Positions 21,801-32,377 of a stretch of 64,000 nucleotides of DNA are shown in pieces. Location of the stretch: NCBI RefSeq assembly GCF_000281045.1, contig NW_008246070.1:1224193-1288192 (forward strand), read 5' to 3'. Below the pieces are notes generated by a model. The model was given only the letters and a program-made list of their open reading frames with translations, was not told the DNA's origin and did not search any database. A program made the position numbers and the translations under genes. The stretch's first letter is position 1. Each line of letters begins with the position of its first letter. The stretch is from Saprolegnia diclina VS20. Its lineage: Eukaryota.

Positions 21801-24062
21801 TGGCAGCGCAATTGGGAAATGGCCAGCTCCCGCGCACGCCAAGTGCGCTGCGAACTGCAAATAACCAACGGTGCCATGTACCTCGAGAGCGCACTGCGCA
21901 ACCTGCGAGACTGGGACGCGTGGGACGCTTGTTGGGGCACGTCCTTTGACATTGGCTTTGCGCGGCACTTGAAACAGTCAGCAAACGGTCAACATTGGCT
22001 CGAGACCATCCGCGTCAACACGACCATACACGATGAAGTCGCTGCGTGGAAGCACGCCAACCTCGTCGGATTTTCGCTGCAGTGGCAAAACTACAAGACG
22101 ATGGGCTTCTCAGACGCCTTTACCATCACGTCGGCACTTGGGTACACAGCTCCACTCTCGCTCGCGTCGTCGGATGGGAGCTACCACCTCCAAGAGCAAA
22201 CCACCCACCGCATGTACTGGACTGTCGCGAGCGATTTATGGGCGATTGCGACCAACTCGACAGTCCTGGGCGGCCGCAGTCTGCTTCGCGCGAGCCCCAA
22301 CTTTGCCTTTGCCAACGTGACGGCCGAGACCGCGCTGCTCCAAAACCTCACGCTCCTCTCGCCGCTCAACGCCGGTCTTGTTGCAGTCCAGTCGAGTCTT
22401 GGACCGTTTGGCAACATCGACACGCAGTACGTGCTACCGCCAACGTCTCTCATAGCGCTCTATCGCGGGTTTAGCGCCGCGCTTGCGACACTGCTCGTGC
22501 AAAATGATTCTGCACAAGCGGCGTACACGTCGCTGCCGCCGTGGGCGACGCTCTACCCCGTGCCGTCCAGCTTGATGCGCAATGGTCTTAGCATCGTTAT
22601 TATTGGCGCCAACGTCATGTGCGGCACGGACGTGCCCGCGTACGCGCCCATCTATGGTCTCTTTCGCTTCTACGGCGCGGCCAGCGCGTGCCATGCCAAC
22701 TTTATAGAGGCAATGCAGCCAACACTGCCGCAATTGCTATTTGGGTTTCTTGCCTTTGATGCGACGCTGCAACTCGACGTCGTTGACGACTTGACGGCCA
22801 TTTGCGCGCTCGATGGTTACGGTGGCTCGGGCTGCAACACGACGTATCGGACGCTCTTTGATTTTTTAGAGTGCCACGTCACGGCGTTTCAAACGCTGTC
22901 GAATCTGGCGGTCGCGACGCGCGCCGACGTGGCGGCCATGGACGTCAACGTGATGCAGTTCGTCGCAGGCGACGGTATCGCCGACGCTTCTGTCGGCATC
23001 TTTCGCATGCAACTTCTCGAGCCCGACGACCGACATTGGGCGTTCTACGGCTGGTGCTTTCTCTACGAGTGGGCACTCGGCTTGCGCGAGGTCGTTGCGT
23101 TTGCAGGCGATCGAGGCAACTTTTCGCTTCTTTCGTCGCACGTCGACGCGCAACACATGCGGCCAAACCCGTCCGAAGTGCCCGTGAGCTTCTCGCTGCT
23201 CTGCAAAGCGTTCAACTTTTACGTCTCGTGGGTGCTCATCTGCGTCGCATCGCTCGTTGCTGTCTCGGCGCTTGTCCGCGGCGGCGCCGTCGAAGGCGTC
23301 AACTTCTTTTGCCTCAATCGGGTTGTTGGCCACGTCTGGGCTGGCCGCACGTTTCTGATCGTGCGCAGTGTCTCGGCTATCTGGCTCCTCACGACAAGCC
23401 CCTTGTACTTGGCGTCGACCGGCATCGCTACGACGATGGTCGCACCGTCGCTCTTCTGGTACGACAATATACTCGCGGCATCAGAAGTCTCGTGGCTCGT
23501 CTACGTCCTCAACGACGTGTTTACGGTCGTGTCGCGCCAGCACACCGCACTCTACGCGAGCAAATCGTCGCTCCTCACGTCGCTGCTTGTCTCGCTCTGG
23601 ACGTTTCTCTCGCCCCAGCGCTGCGAGGTGAACATTGCGCGCCACTGCGTGCATGTGGATATGGACTTTGCGCTCGATTGCAGTAGCGTCAACGTTCACG
23701 TGGGCAGTCTTCGTCGGCTCGGTGGCGTCTTGGGCTTGGCTGTCGGCAGCATTCTCGGCTGCTTCCTCTTTGGTCGGTACGTCTATGCGCCAAACGAACC
23801 GCCCATCGCTGTGCGCTCGTGGCTCTTGAGCGCACAGAGCTACTACTTGCTTGATTTCACCAACTGGGTCTTCCTCGACGAGTACTACCTCGATACGACG
23901 TCGGCGATGATGGCCGGCATCCTATCGTTTGTGTACAACGGCCGACGGTATGTGTTTGACATCAAGATGTGGCGGCTCGTATCGCTGCCGCATAACCCCA
24001 TCTCGCTCTGGGAGACTGACGCGCGCCGCTTCCGGCACGCCATCCCGCTTTCCCGTATTTAG
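18807..24062 (+). CDS. Large (~1750 aa) intronless multi-pass membrane protein built from two homologous halves; uncharacterised oomycete-type family
   Basis: A single long ORF with clusters of hydrophobic helices and paired motifs in both halves (QYCW.D...W, W..G.REVV.F.GD, FD.K.WR). Start placed at ATG 18807. Confidence 0.85.
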   Translation: MHHVAPLDTDIPVAESSWTLVREVVGLAYMLTSVLLGFDSLAQFFPYMDNDYVWPHFSDAQYRTLLTDIINVQLTSSTPLTTVDLLSPSFGLVANEKVGVSYAYPRMLMYHDLTTLEAAVIGLRRLDVEEVVYMVAQYCWVDLEKRWALSHTLRRQQRCVARDMANAAVYLEPILRNIEYKAWVLSTQGLFMARIGDGVAELDGGDAWLQYVADHVPAPLDDEVAFWVSHGLSRFALQYANQYQIGLEESITIENALGLRYAFRVKTVPWANRGTHWTSDYLYAGLRNDFNALSLNQSLVRNASTFFGATYPDWMEYYNVGYPLSAVHGAIHDVIGPLASIDLRWIQPPDEIIAAVRHFRSTLLSANATVHAALRAVPEIVLHPTPLEWRAANLSFYGGSPLCGFKSDLPFVQASFGFDDACELPRQLGFEWHSANSVFAAIALGDDPVSPALCELCDDSAQCEAALSRTMHCASMLPRRQEPLLASLRAIDLSLLQFVRNGSGDVTLQVQSFSSPEWSFLGLLGVYDWVLGNREVVSFEGDNAAYTLLSYATTPLRPPVNSVGSSGVIHIWMCAGLVSLGLAFVAVLGLVFWLAFRPLRCHWFVFSRLTSAAWLSRALILLRGVAGVLCLATTPVAPAPSGLAFTATPRSLYLSSLFASEAVWITYVLHETLHPFSGIYTRLYAPLSSFVAWLALLVLDAVSPVAITAGLDRQCYSINMDYNVYCTSGSIQIGSRARTLTNFAILVASVVGGLTLVNVRKRSSIELDDVPSFLLSSASVAFLAHHSHGRVTESFDVVTAAMMGLVRFSNCYFDTKLWRIVDRELLPSASRHKRHRLVLPLALTPLSPRLRPATAPESCLQRLKRRYRKSIVVLGILYASLSLASNVAYLTVAQAFLTNDFGWAGFNSSGMHAFLANTFNHALVLSSEPAMFNVTTPAIADIAQRYNGSSSPSIVWSYTAARRALASPTTPLDQIIAGLRAMNPCMLPWMYTQYCWLDWQRNWEMASSRARQVRCELQITNGAMYLESALRNLRDWDAWDACWGTSFDIGFARHLKQSANGQHWLETIRVNTTIHDEVAAWKHANLVGFSLQWQNYKTMGFSDAFTITSALGYTAPLSLASSDGSYHLQEQTTHRMYWTVASDLWAIATNSTVLGGRSLLRASPNFAFANVTAETALLQNLTLLSPLNAGLVAVQSSLGPFGNIDTQYVLPPTSLIALYRGFSAALATLLVQNDSAQAAYTSLPPWATLYPVPSSLMRNGLSIVIIGANVMCGTDVPAYAPIYGLFRFYGAASACHANFIEAMQPTLPQLLFGFLAFDATLQLDVVDDLTAICALDGYGGSGCNTTYRTLFDFLECHVTAFQTLSNLAVATRADVAAMDVNVMQFVAGDGIADASVGIFRMQLLEPDDRHWAFYGWCFLYEWALGLREVVAFAGDRGNFSLLSSHVDAQHMRPNPSEVPVSFSLLCKAFNFYVSWVLICVASLVAVSALVRGGAVEGVNFFCLNRVVGHVWAGRTFLIVRSVSAIWLLTTSPLYLASTGIATTMVAPSLFWYDNILAASEVSWLVYVLNDVFTVVSRQHTALYASKSSLLTSLLVSLWTFLSPQRCEVNIARHCVHVDMDFALDCSSVNVHVGSLRRLGGVLGLAVGSILGCFLFGRYVYAPNEPPIAVRSWLLSAQSYYLLDFTNWVFLDEYYLDTTSAMMAGILSFVYNGRRYVFDIKMWRLVSLPHNPISLWETDARRFRHAIPLSRI

Positions 24063-24171
24063 CGGACGTCACCGATTATGTCGGGACAATCGGCCCGAAA
24101 TCGCAGCAAAATGAACCGAATTGCGTCACATACCCATCGAGTTGCGTTGTTTTACAGTGCACCTACTTGGC

Positions 24172-25517
24172 TTATCCAAAGAGGAACCCGAGGGTGAGGT
24201 TGTTGAGACCCGTGAGCGACGCCGGCAACAACTCGGCGCTCGTGGCCAAGCGCGTTGTGACCTATGCCCCCATATTCATTAGTACCTATTTGTACATGCT
24301 TGCAAGCACCGTCTCGAGGAGGTCGGACGGAAACGCGAGCTCCTTTGTGGGCAAGCGGTCGTCGGCGACCGGCGTCGTCGTGAAGAGCACCTTGACGACA
24401 TTCTGGGCCGCGCTCCTGTCCGACGTCTGGATCGTCGCGTCCCAGCTCAACACCTGCAGCGCAAGGGGCACATTGGGCGCGTCCGCATCGCTGGGCACGA
24501 GGTCGAAGCGGAAGAAGCCTTCCGACTCGATGACCTCGAGGAGCTTGGTCACAATCACACTGTCGCTCGAGTACGCGTCAAAGATGTCGTTGGCTTGCAA
24601 CAGGTACTTTTGCAACGTAATGCCAATCGAAGGGTCGTCTTGGGACCCGAGGACCGTGTGGCAGCGCATGCAACGGACGCTCGCCATGTGACGCTCCATC
24701 TCTGCGTGCACGTTCTCGGGGTGCACGAGGAGGTCCGACTGTCCGACGTACACGCGGTCGAGCGCGGCGTGGATCCCGTCCTTGGGAATATGCTCGAACG
24801 CGCCTTCGGCCGCGCCCCAAAAGTCGACCATCTCCATCCAGTTGGACGACGGTAGCGGCAGCACCTTGTTGAACGGCCGGTCGACGTTTGAGATGACTTG
24901 GCCGCAGCACCGGCACTGGAGCTCGGTATAATTGCGCACCTATATGCGATACGACTCGGTGTGTGGACACGAGATAGTATGGTGCGTACATCAAGCTCAG
25001 CACGCGACAAAGTCCGGGCCGCCATGCCAGCCGTCATGGCTGTCTTGCGGTCTTCTTTGGCGGCGCTTGTCAGCGGCAGACGCAAATGAACGTGGTCCTT
25101 TTGCACACGCACCGAGCTGTACTTGGGGTCGACGGCGTACGCGAGCGTGGCCTTGAAAATTGTCGTGTCCTGCACGCGGAGCTGGATTCCGTGCTTTGAG
25201 GCATTAGTCACGAGCGTCGGCGTCGCGCCCTCGAGCGCAATGTGCACGTAGCACTGGTAGCAGCCGATATTGGCCTGGAACTCGATGACAAACTCGGGCG
25301 CGTGCAGCACCTTGGCTAGAGTCGCGTCGAGCTGGCTCGAGAGGGCGTCCACATCGTGGCCGTAGGCTTGCCGTGCCTCATTCGCCTGGGCGTAGTCAGC
25401 CCGCGCGTCTTCCACGACGCTTCGCGCAAGCTCGCACTGCTCGCGAGCAGCGGCCACAGCGCGCTTGGCGTCCTCCATCTCCTGCAGGAGCGCGGACGCG
25501 CTGAGCTTCGTTGCCAT
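24172..25517 (-). CDS. UBE3D: HECT_2 / UBE3D (Ipa1-like) protein with an extra N-terminal coiled coil; 2 introns
   Basis: LQCRCCG...KVLPLPSSNWMEMVDFW...VRCMRCHTVLG...LQVLSWD...VVKVLF; last exon ends LLPASLTGLNNLTLGFLFG*. Confidence 0.75.
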
Positions 25518-25769
25518 CGAGCGAATCCGAAAATGCCGTCTTTTGATTCGGCAAAATGGAACCAATCGACGAGAACCTTCGATGGTATTTAGCCAATCAT
25601 ATGGCCGAGAATGGAAGATCGCAAATCTTGCTTGCTGCAGAACCGGGGGCGCGAGCCAGCGACGCTAGCCCACCACACGACTCATGCGCATCAACTCTAT
25701 TGCTGGCTGAAGGTCTATGGGTCGCGCTGTCTATATGCGCTACTGCGATGACCAAGTCCTCTTGTTGGT

Positions 25770-27275
25770 TTAAGACGCAAGACGCTCCTTTGGGAGGTTG
25801 GCGAGCGTGTCGAGGCGAGCAATGATGAGCGTGCACATGCTGTGCCATGCTTGGCGCTCGTAGAGCGCTGCCACGTCTTTTCCAAAGATGTCGCTGAGCT
25901 CCAACAGAGTAAGCTCGACGCGCAGTCGATTGTCTTCGGGCACTTGCGCCGCAATGTCGACAATGACGCCACCCGAAGTCTTGCCCGAAAGCGAGAGCGC
26001 CACGGCGTACTCGAGGTCGTGGCAAACCCACGTACACTGAAGCAGATCCACATCACCTTCATCGAGCTGGTCGAGGAGCTCGCGCGAGTCGCGGTCCTTC
26101 CCGTCCATGATACGCTGCATCCACGCACAGAGCAAGTCGGCGCCTCGCCCGAGCGACTCGGGGCGGAAGAGCGGATCCGACGCCATTGGTTGTTGCAAGA
26201 GAAACGGGGCAAGCATCGTGCATTTGAGCTCAAAGTCAGGCGATGCCGATGCCTCGTCCACCTTGCGGAGGGTACGGAGCACGCGGTGGCCGTGGCGGTA
26301 ATACAGCCGTAGGCTCGACCAAGAGATGTCTCGCGGTGTCAACACACCCGGCGTCACGAGCAGGTAGACCATGGTAAGCACAAACTGCACAGATCGCGAC
26401 GGCGCTTCGATGTCTGAGAGCTGCGAAATATCCTCGCTGGTCGCCGTGATCGCATCGACTGTCATTGACGCCAGCGCACGCGTCGTCATGTGCTGCTGGC
26501 GCGCCGACAGCACCGGCGTCAAGAGGCCGGGGCGTTCGATTACCAAGTCCACGGGCCGGAATCGCTCAAATGGCATCATCACCGTCGCCAGCGGGTGGTG
26601 TCGAGGCGACGTCGGCTTGTGCGGTGTGACGGGTCTCTGCGGCGAAATGCCATCGCGGGACGAGCTTTGTTTGGTGCGGGGCACCTCGGTATCGACAAAC
26701 GCCTCGGTATCAACAAACGCCCAGCACCACGACAGAAAGTGGTCTGCCCACAGAGCACGGGCATTGGGCTCGTCCAAGCACTCGCTTGGGTTGAAGGGCG
26801 GCGGCGGCGTCGCGTGCAGCGTCGCAACGCGCTTTCGGGCAGCCGCGGCGAGCATGAGCGGGTTTTGCCCCATTGTCTGCGGTGCAATGCCCAACGCTAG
26901 CACGAGCCACTTGGCGCCATGGAGAAAGTTCATGTCTGTCTTCATACGCTGCGTATAGCTCTCACCGTTGTACCAATACGGGCGCGGCGAGCCCTACAGC
27001 CCAATAATGAGTTGCGCGACCGCGTGAGGTTGAAGTACCGCGTGCCATGCGTAGAGCTGCAGAAGCAGCTGCGTCGAGGCGTCGCGGACGTGGACGAGCA
27101 GCTTGAGCATCGCAAAGTGCTGTCCCTGCTCGACGCTGCCAGAGTCGAGGAGAGAGTGAACTTGGGTGACCAGCTCTTCTCGCTTTGCAATCCACTTGGC
27201 CACCGCCGCGTCGTCCTCCGTGCGCGCGACAACGCGGTGGGTTCGTGGCGACGCTTGCCGGGCTCGGATGTCCAT
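25770..27275 (-). CDS. Uncharacterised protein containing a dynein-stalk microtubule-binding-domain-like segment; at least 1 intron
   Basis: ORFs 26994-27275 and 25770-26945 are in coding style. The segment SEDISQLSDIEAPSRSVQFVLTMVYLLV...ISWSSLR...FRPESLGRGADLLCAWMQRIM resembles the dynein MTBD. Confidence 0.65.
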
Positions 27276-27364
27276 TGTGATCTTCCAGCAGCCAAAACGG
27301 TTATTTTTTGCACGATGACGCAATTCGAAATGTATCAAATTAGGCGTTTACATGCAGCATGCAA

Positions 27365-28433
27365 TTAGGCCAGCGAAGGGTACGACGCGTCGGACGCAAC
27401 GCCGCAGGTGCCGTTGAGCGTCGCCGCGCGCTGCAGCTGCATGAAGCCATGGTCGCCCCAGCCGACGCCCCACGAGTTTTGAATGCGCCAGTAGGCGCCA
27501 TTTGCCGAGTCGCTGTAGCCGACGACCACAACCGCATGGTCCAAGTCGGTCGTCGAGCACGAGGCGAGGATTCCGCTCTTGTACTGCTTCCACTCTTCGT
27601 TGCCAGCAGCGACGCCGACGATGATGGGCTGGCGCGCCACAGCACCTTGCAAGCTTGCTTCGCCCACGGGCACGGCCACCGATTGGAGCGACGTCGTCCG
27701 CGTTGGCACGCAGCTCGTCGCTGTGCACGTCTCGTCGTTGCCTGAGGTCCCCGAGACATATGGGTAGTCCTTCCCGCGACACAAGCCGTTCTTGGCGATG
27801 TACTCGATGGCTTTGGAGGGATACCCGCCTTGGCAGCCCAAGTTTCCTACGAGAGGCAAGAGTAGGTCTAGACACCAAAGTACGTGGCAGCGTACCGGAC
27901 GCCTTGTCGCAGCTCGTGAGGTGCTGCTCCGAGAGCTTGACGAGCGCGTTGGTCGGTGAAGCCAGGCACGTGGCACTTTCCAAAGCGAGGACGGTCGCAA
28001 ATGCCCAGCAGCTCCCGCAGTTCCCTTGCTGCTGCACTGCGCTCACGCACGAGGACTTTTTTGTCCAATCGATGGTTGCCGGCAGCACCGTGGTGCTGTT
28101 TGCATCCGAGGTGCGCGCATTGGAACGCGGCGCCGGTCGCGACGACCGGACATAGGCCGCAAACTCGGGCACCGTGAGGAGCGTAAACGGCGAGTCGAGC
28201 GAAAAGTGCGCGTTCGGGTGCAGGACGTTGAGGCGCGCAATGTCCATCTTGGTGGCGTAAAAGCGACGGAGCTCGTCGTCAGCGTCGCTCTTCAAGAAGC
28301 CGTGAGCGCGCGCAATGCTGCCTGCGCGGCTCGCCTTCCACTCTGCGAGCTCGGCCTCGAGCGCGATTGGGTCGTAGCTGCCAAGCACCGACGGCACGAG
28401 AAGCGCACACGTGAGCAGGGCGAACGAGAGCAT
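27365..28433 (-). CDS. Secreted papain-family (C1A) cysteine protease with I29 prodomain; 1 intron
   Basis: Signal peptide MLSFALLTCALLVPSVLG; LPATIDW; QQQGNCGSCWAF (Cys); LSEQHLTSCD; GCQGG; LDHAVVVVGY (His); YWRIQNSWG (Asn). Confidence 0.96.
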
Positions 28434-28448
28434 GGTTGCAGAGCAGGA

Positions 28449-28463
28449 CAATTGGAGAATGAA
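28449..28463 (-). promoter_or_regulatory. INR+FPR core promoter of the C1A protease gene
   Basis: Minus strand TTCATTCTCCAATTG about 16 nt upstream of the ATG fits the oomycete INR/FPR consensus. Confidence 0.65.
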
Positions 28464-28870
28464 AACTTGACGCTCGAATGAAGCTGTAGCCGGACCAACG
28501 CCGGTGGACGATGCCAGTTGCCGCAGTGTGGCGCAAGGGAGGGCATAGCAGCTCGTCTGAGAACGAACGCATCCTTGGGCCACATCGCGTTGCCCTGGCG
28601 TGAGCCAAGGCACTGCACGTCGAGCGTATGGTCCAACAGGAGCGGTTGGCTTTCCATGCTGGTCAGCCGATCAGATTGCAGCTCGATAATCGACTAACTA
28701 GCTCAGGTTGAATCGTCACAAATGTACACATGACCTTGCAGCTGGAAGATGCGCCAAGGTTGGTCTACCTTGTTCGAGCAATCCAGCGGAGCGGAATCTT
28801 ATTTTCGCTTGGCGTATTTGAAATGGTAAGAAATCAACGATTCACAATATAGTCTTTTTAACGCAGTCGG

Positions 28871-31099
28871 TTAGACAATCTCGCCGCGGTTGTCCGACTC
28901 GTTGAACTGAACCCAGTCGAGCGCAATGGGCGCGGCCATCACGTACTCGGGAATGTTGAACGCGTGGACGAGGTTGAGCGCATCTTCGCCGAGGCCTTCC
29001 TCGCCGCAGAGCTTCTTGATGGCGCTGTCGACGCTGTTGCCGAGGTCCTTGGTCACCACGTCGTTGCAAACGTACCACGCGAGGTCGCGCTGGACGCAGC
29101 TCGCGGCGTAGAGCTTGGCGATCTTGGCGACGACGGGGCGCACGGCCGCGTGCTTGGGGTCGTCGAGCGACTCGAGCACCTTCTCAAACGCCATGCGTTC
29201 GACGTACGAGAGCGCGACTTCCTGCACGAGGAGCGACTCCTCCATCATCCACACGTCAAAGAGCGCCTTGCCGCCAGCCATCTCCGTCTTGAGCGTCTTG
29301 CCGAGCTTCGTCATGAGCGCGGCTTCACGCGCGCCGAGGAGGTACCGGTAGTACTCGAGATCGTCCAAGCTGGGCGTGCCCGCAAACGGCTTGCCCGCAG
29401 CTATAAGATATCAACGTATCAGTTTCAGGCCCGGACGACGGTGACGTACTCGGCGAGAGCTTGTAGCGGCCAGCCTTGATGAGCTCGCCGAGCTCCTTGG
29501 TCACCTTTTGCATGAGCACCTTGTTGTCGCCCTAATCAGCCGTAAGTGCATGAGCGCAGCAAAATGCAATGCAAACATACCTCGGCCGTCACGGCCGCGT
29601 GCGAGAACCCGAGGATTTCCCCAAACCGGTTGGCCGAGAGGTAACCTTGGCCACCGCAGCGCTCGCGGCAGACGCTCACCACGTTCTCCGAGTTCCACGA
29701 GACGACGGGCTTGATCGCCGAGCAAAGCGTGACGAGTTCGAGACGCGCGAGCGGGTCCTCCGACTTGTTCCACGCTGCATACGCGTCCTTGACGTAGTTG
29801 AGGCCGCACGCCAAGGCGTACGTGCGCGCCAGGAGCGGGATGAGTTCACGCTTCTGGAGCTGGTACTTCATGATGGCCATGTCCGACTTGCCCTTGGGGC
29901 CGACGGTCGCGCGCGACGCCGCGTAGCGCATGGCGATCGTCAGCGCGAGCTTCGTGCCACCCATGAGCATGGCCGCGATGCACACACGGCCACTGAGAAG
30001 CTGGTCTACAAGAGAAGTCATCATGAGAGATGATAAGTCCAGACACCGGTACCCGCCACAGCGAGGAAGCGACCGCGCTTGCTCGGGATCTTGCTCGAAA
30101 ACTCGCCCTCTTCAGAGACCGACGAGAGCGCGTCGAGCATGTGGCTGCGAGGCACGCGCACGTTGTTGAAGAGGATCTTGCCGTTGTCGACGCCATTGCA
30201 GCCCATCTTGTGGCCCATGTCCTCGACGCGGACATCCTTGGCCATCGTCATGTCTTCGTTGCGGATGCGGACAAGGAAGGCCTGGATGCCGTGGTGCTCG
30301 CCCGCCACGTCGAGCTGGGCAAAGACAACGACCCACTTGGCGTGCACTAGACATCGAAGTAGTCATGAGCTCATGTAGGACGAGGGTGCTAGAGGTAGAG
30401 GTCGCTGTACCGGCCGAGTTGGTGATCCAGTACTTTTGGGAGAGAATCGTGGGCGAGTTGATGATGAATTCGTCGGTCGCCTTGTCGTAAACAGCCGTCG
30501 TCTCCATCTCGATCGCGTTGTTGCCGTAGCCGAGTTCCGTGAGGCCAAAGCAGCCGACCGCATCTAATCGTAGCATTTCAAGTGTACAGTCCAGGACGAT
30601 GCCATGTCGTACCGAGCGAGTCGATGCCATCGAGGAGCTTCTCGTGGTGCTTCTCCGTGCCAAGCTTGAGCACGGTGCCGCCAAAGAGGTTGAACTGCAC
30701 CGTCATCTTGGTCGCCATGGACGGGTTCGTCAAGCCCGCAATCTCGTGCGCCGCATAGATGCGGTGCGGGTTCGTGTGGAAGTCCTTGACCGAGAAAAAC
30801 TTGGCGTCGCAGATCTTCTGGAGCTGCGCCAGCGCAATCTCGCGCTCTTCGGCGAGCGGGATGTTGTAGCGCGGGCGAAAGCTCGGGTCTTTGAGGAACT
30901 CACGCAGGCGCGAGCGCATCTCGACGTTGTCCGGGTCCAGCCACGTCGTGAGCTCCGACGTCGGGAAGCTGCCATCGTTATTGCCGTACTTGGTGCGCTC
31001 CTTGGCGACGTCAAAGCCCAGCGGGCGCGTGAACGCGACCGAGCTAGCGGCGCGCGCAAAGAGCGAGGAGCGGGCGACCGACTGTCGGGCGTGCAGCAT
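28871..31099 (-). CDS. Acyl-CoA oxidase; multi-exon
   Basis: [77 protein letters not shown]. Confidence 0.93.
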
Positions 31100-32377
31100 C
31101 TTGAAAAGTGCAATCGGGAAGATCTGGCCCGGATCCACCTCTACAAACGCATACGCTTTCTCAAAGGGTTTCAACTTCAAGATCCCACGGTTGAGTAAAC
31201 GAGAAAGTAACGAGATGCGCACGCGCCAAGATGCCGCCAGTTTGCCGTTGGACCACGGCGGTGACGTGGCGCGTCGAGACGCCAAAGATCGCTCATGGAA
31301 AACAGCCTGGGCAAGTTATGAGCATACAAGAGAAAGAGCACTAGCTTTAGAATGGGGCGGGTTTCCGGAAGCTCCTTGTTACCACTAGAAGCACTGTGGA
31401 TTTGTCGTCGTAGCTCACCACCAATGTGTAGGAGCAGGTGCGGGGCTGGTAATCTCTGTGGACACCATGGGTTGTAGGGCTCATGTAGCAAGACGGCTCA
31501 TGTGCTCATGTGCGTCCTCATGTTTGTACTGCCAACGACGTGTCCATGCAGCTCCTTGCGATCGTGACCCTTCACATAAAAGAAGACGCGACGCGTTGAT
31601 TTCCCCAGGCCGCAACGAGACGGGTGACATCCGTCTGTCGACGGCGGTGATGTTTACCGCGACAAATTATGTCGAGTCAACGGAAGCCGACACGTTGCTT
31701 GGGCGAATGAGCGCGCAGGCGCGTGGCACGCTACCCAGGACACGCAATCGGACTGGCTGCTGATAGGGCGTCGTGATCTTGGGTCGGCAACGAGAGGCTG
31801 GCGGCGTTCGTAGTCACCAGCTGGCGTGGACTGGCGACCGCATCTTGCCGGCCCACACTGGCCCACACGACCGTGAAAAGCGTCAAGAGTATTTGCATGC
31901 TGTTAGCTCGTGGCATGTGCTGCCACTGGCCAACGCAAAGGAATTTCATCCTGGAAGCTGACAACCTTCTCGTGCTGTAACAAATCGTGCGCGTTGGTGC
32001 CAGGGGTGCACAAGGGTGGTGAGCCCTGGGACCGCCACGACCATCGTTATTCTTACAATAAGTTCTGATAGACGAGTACCTTGTACTAGTACACTTTAGC
32101 GAGGGCTGGGTGAATGCGCCCGGTTCACTGCGTGCCTAACATCTATACTGCTAGTACTAGTACGGAGGGTGGACTACAACCAAGGGGTGGTGGTTGCGTT
32201 CTGGAAATGCAGGGTAAACCCTTAGACCCCAAGGACAAAGCAGATTTCGTCCAAGAAGCCGCGTAGTATACCCGCAGGGGTGGTTTTTGGTTGATCCCGA
32301 AGACGATCTATTTTGAGGCGCGCTGAAAATAGCGGCATCGGCACTGCTGCGTCGGTAGTTTTGCTTTCGCAGCAGCC

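Noticed and set aside
31100..32370. Possible hidden gene or transposon remnant between ACOX and MAPK15
   Set aside because: No consistent exon chain, terminal repeats or transposase/RT motifs were found. Treated as a divergent promoter region.
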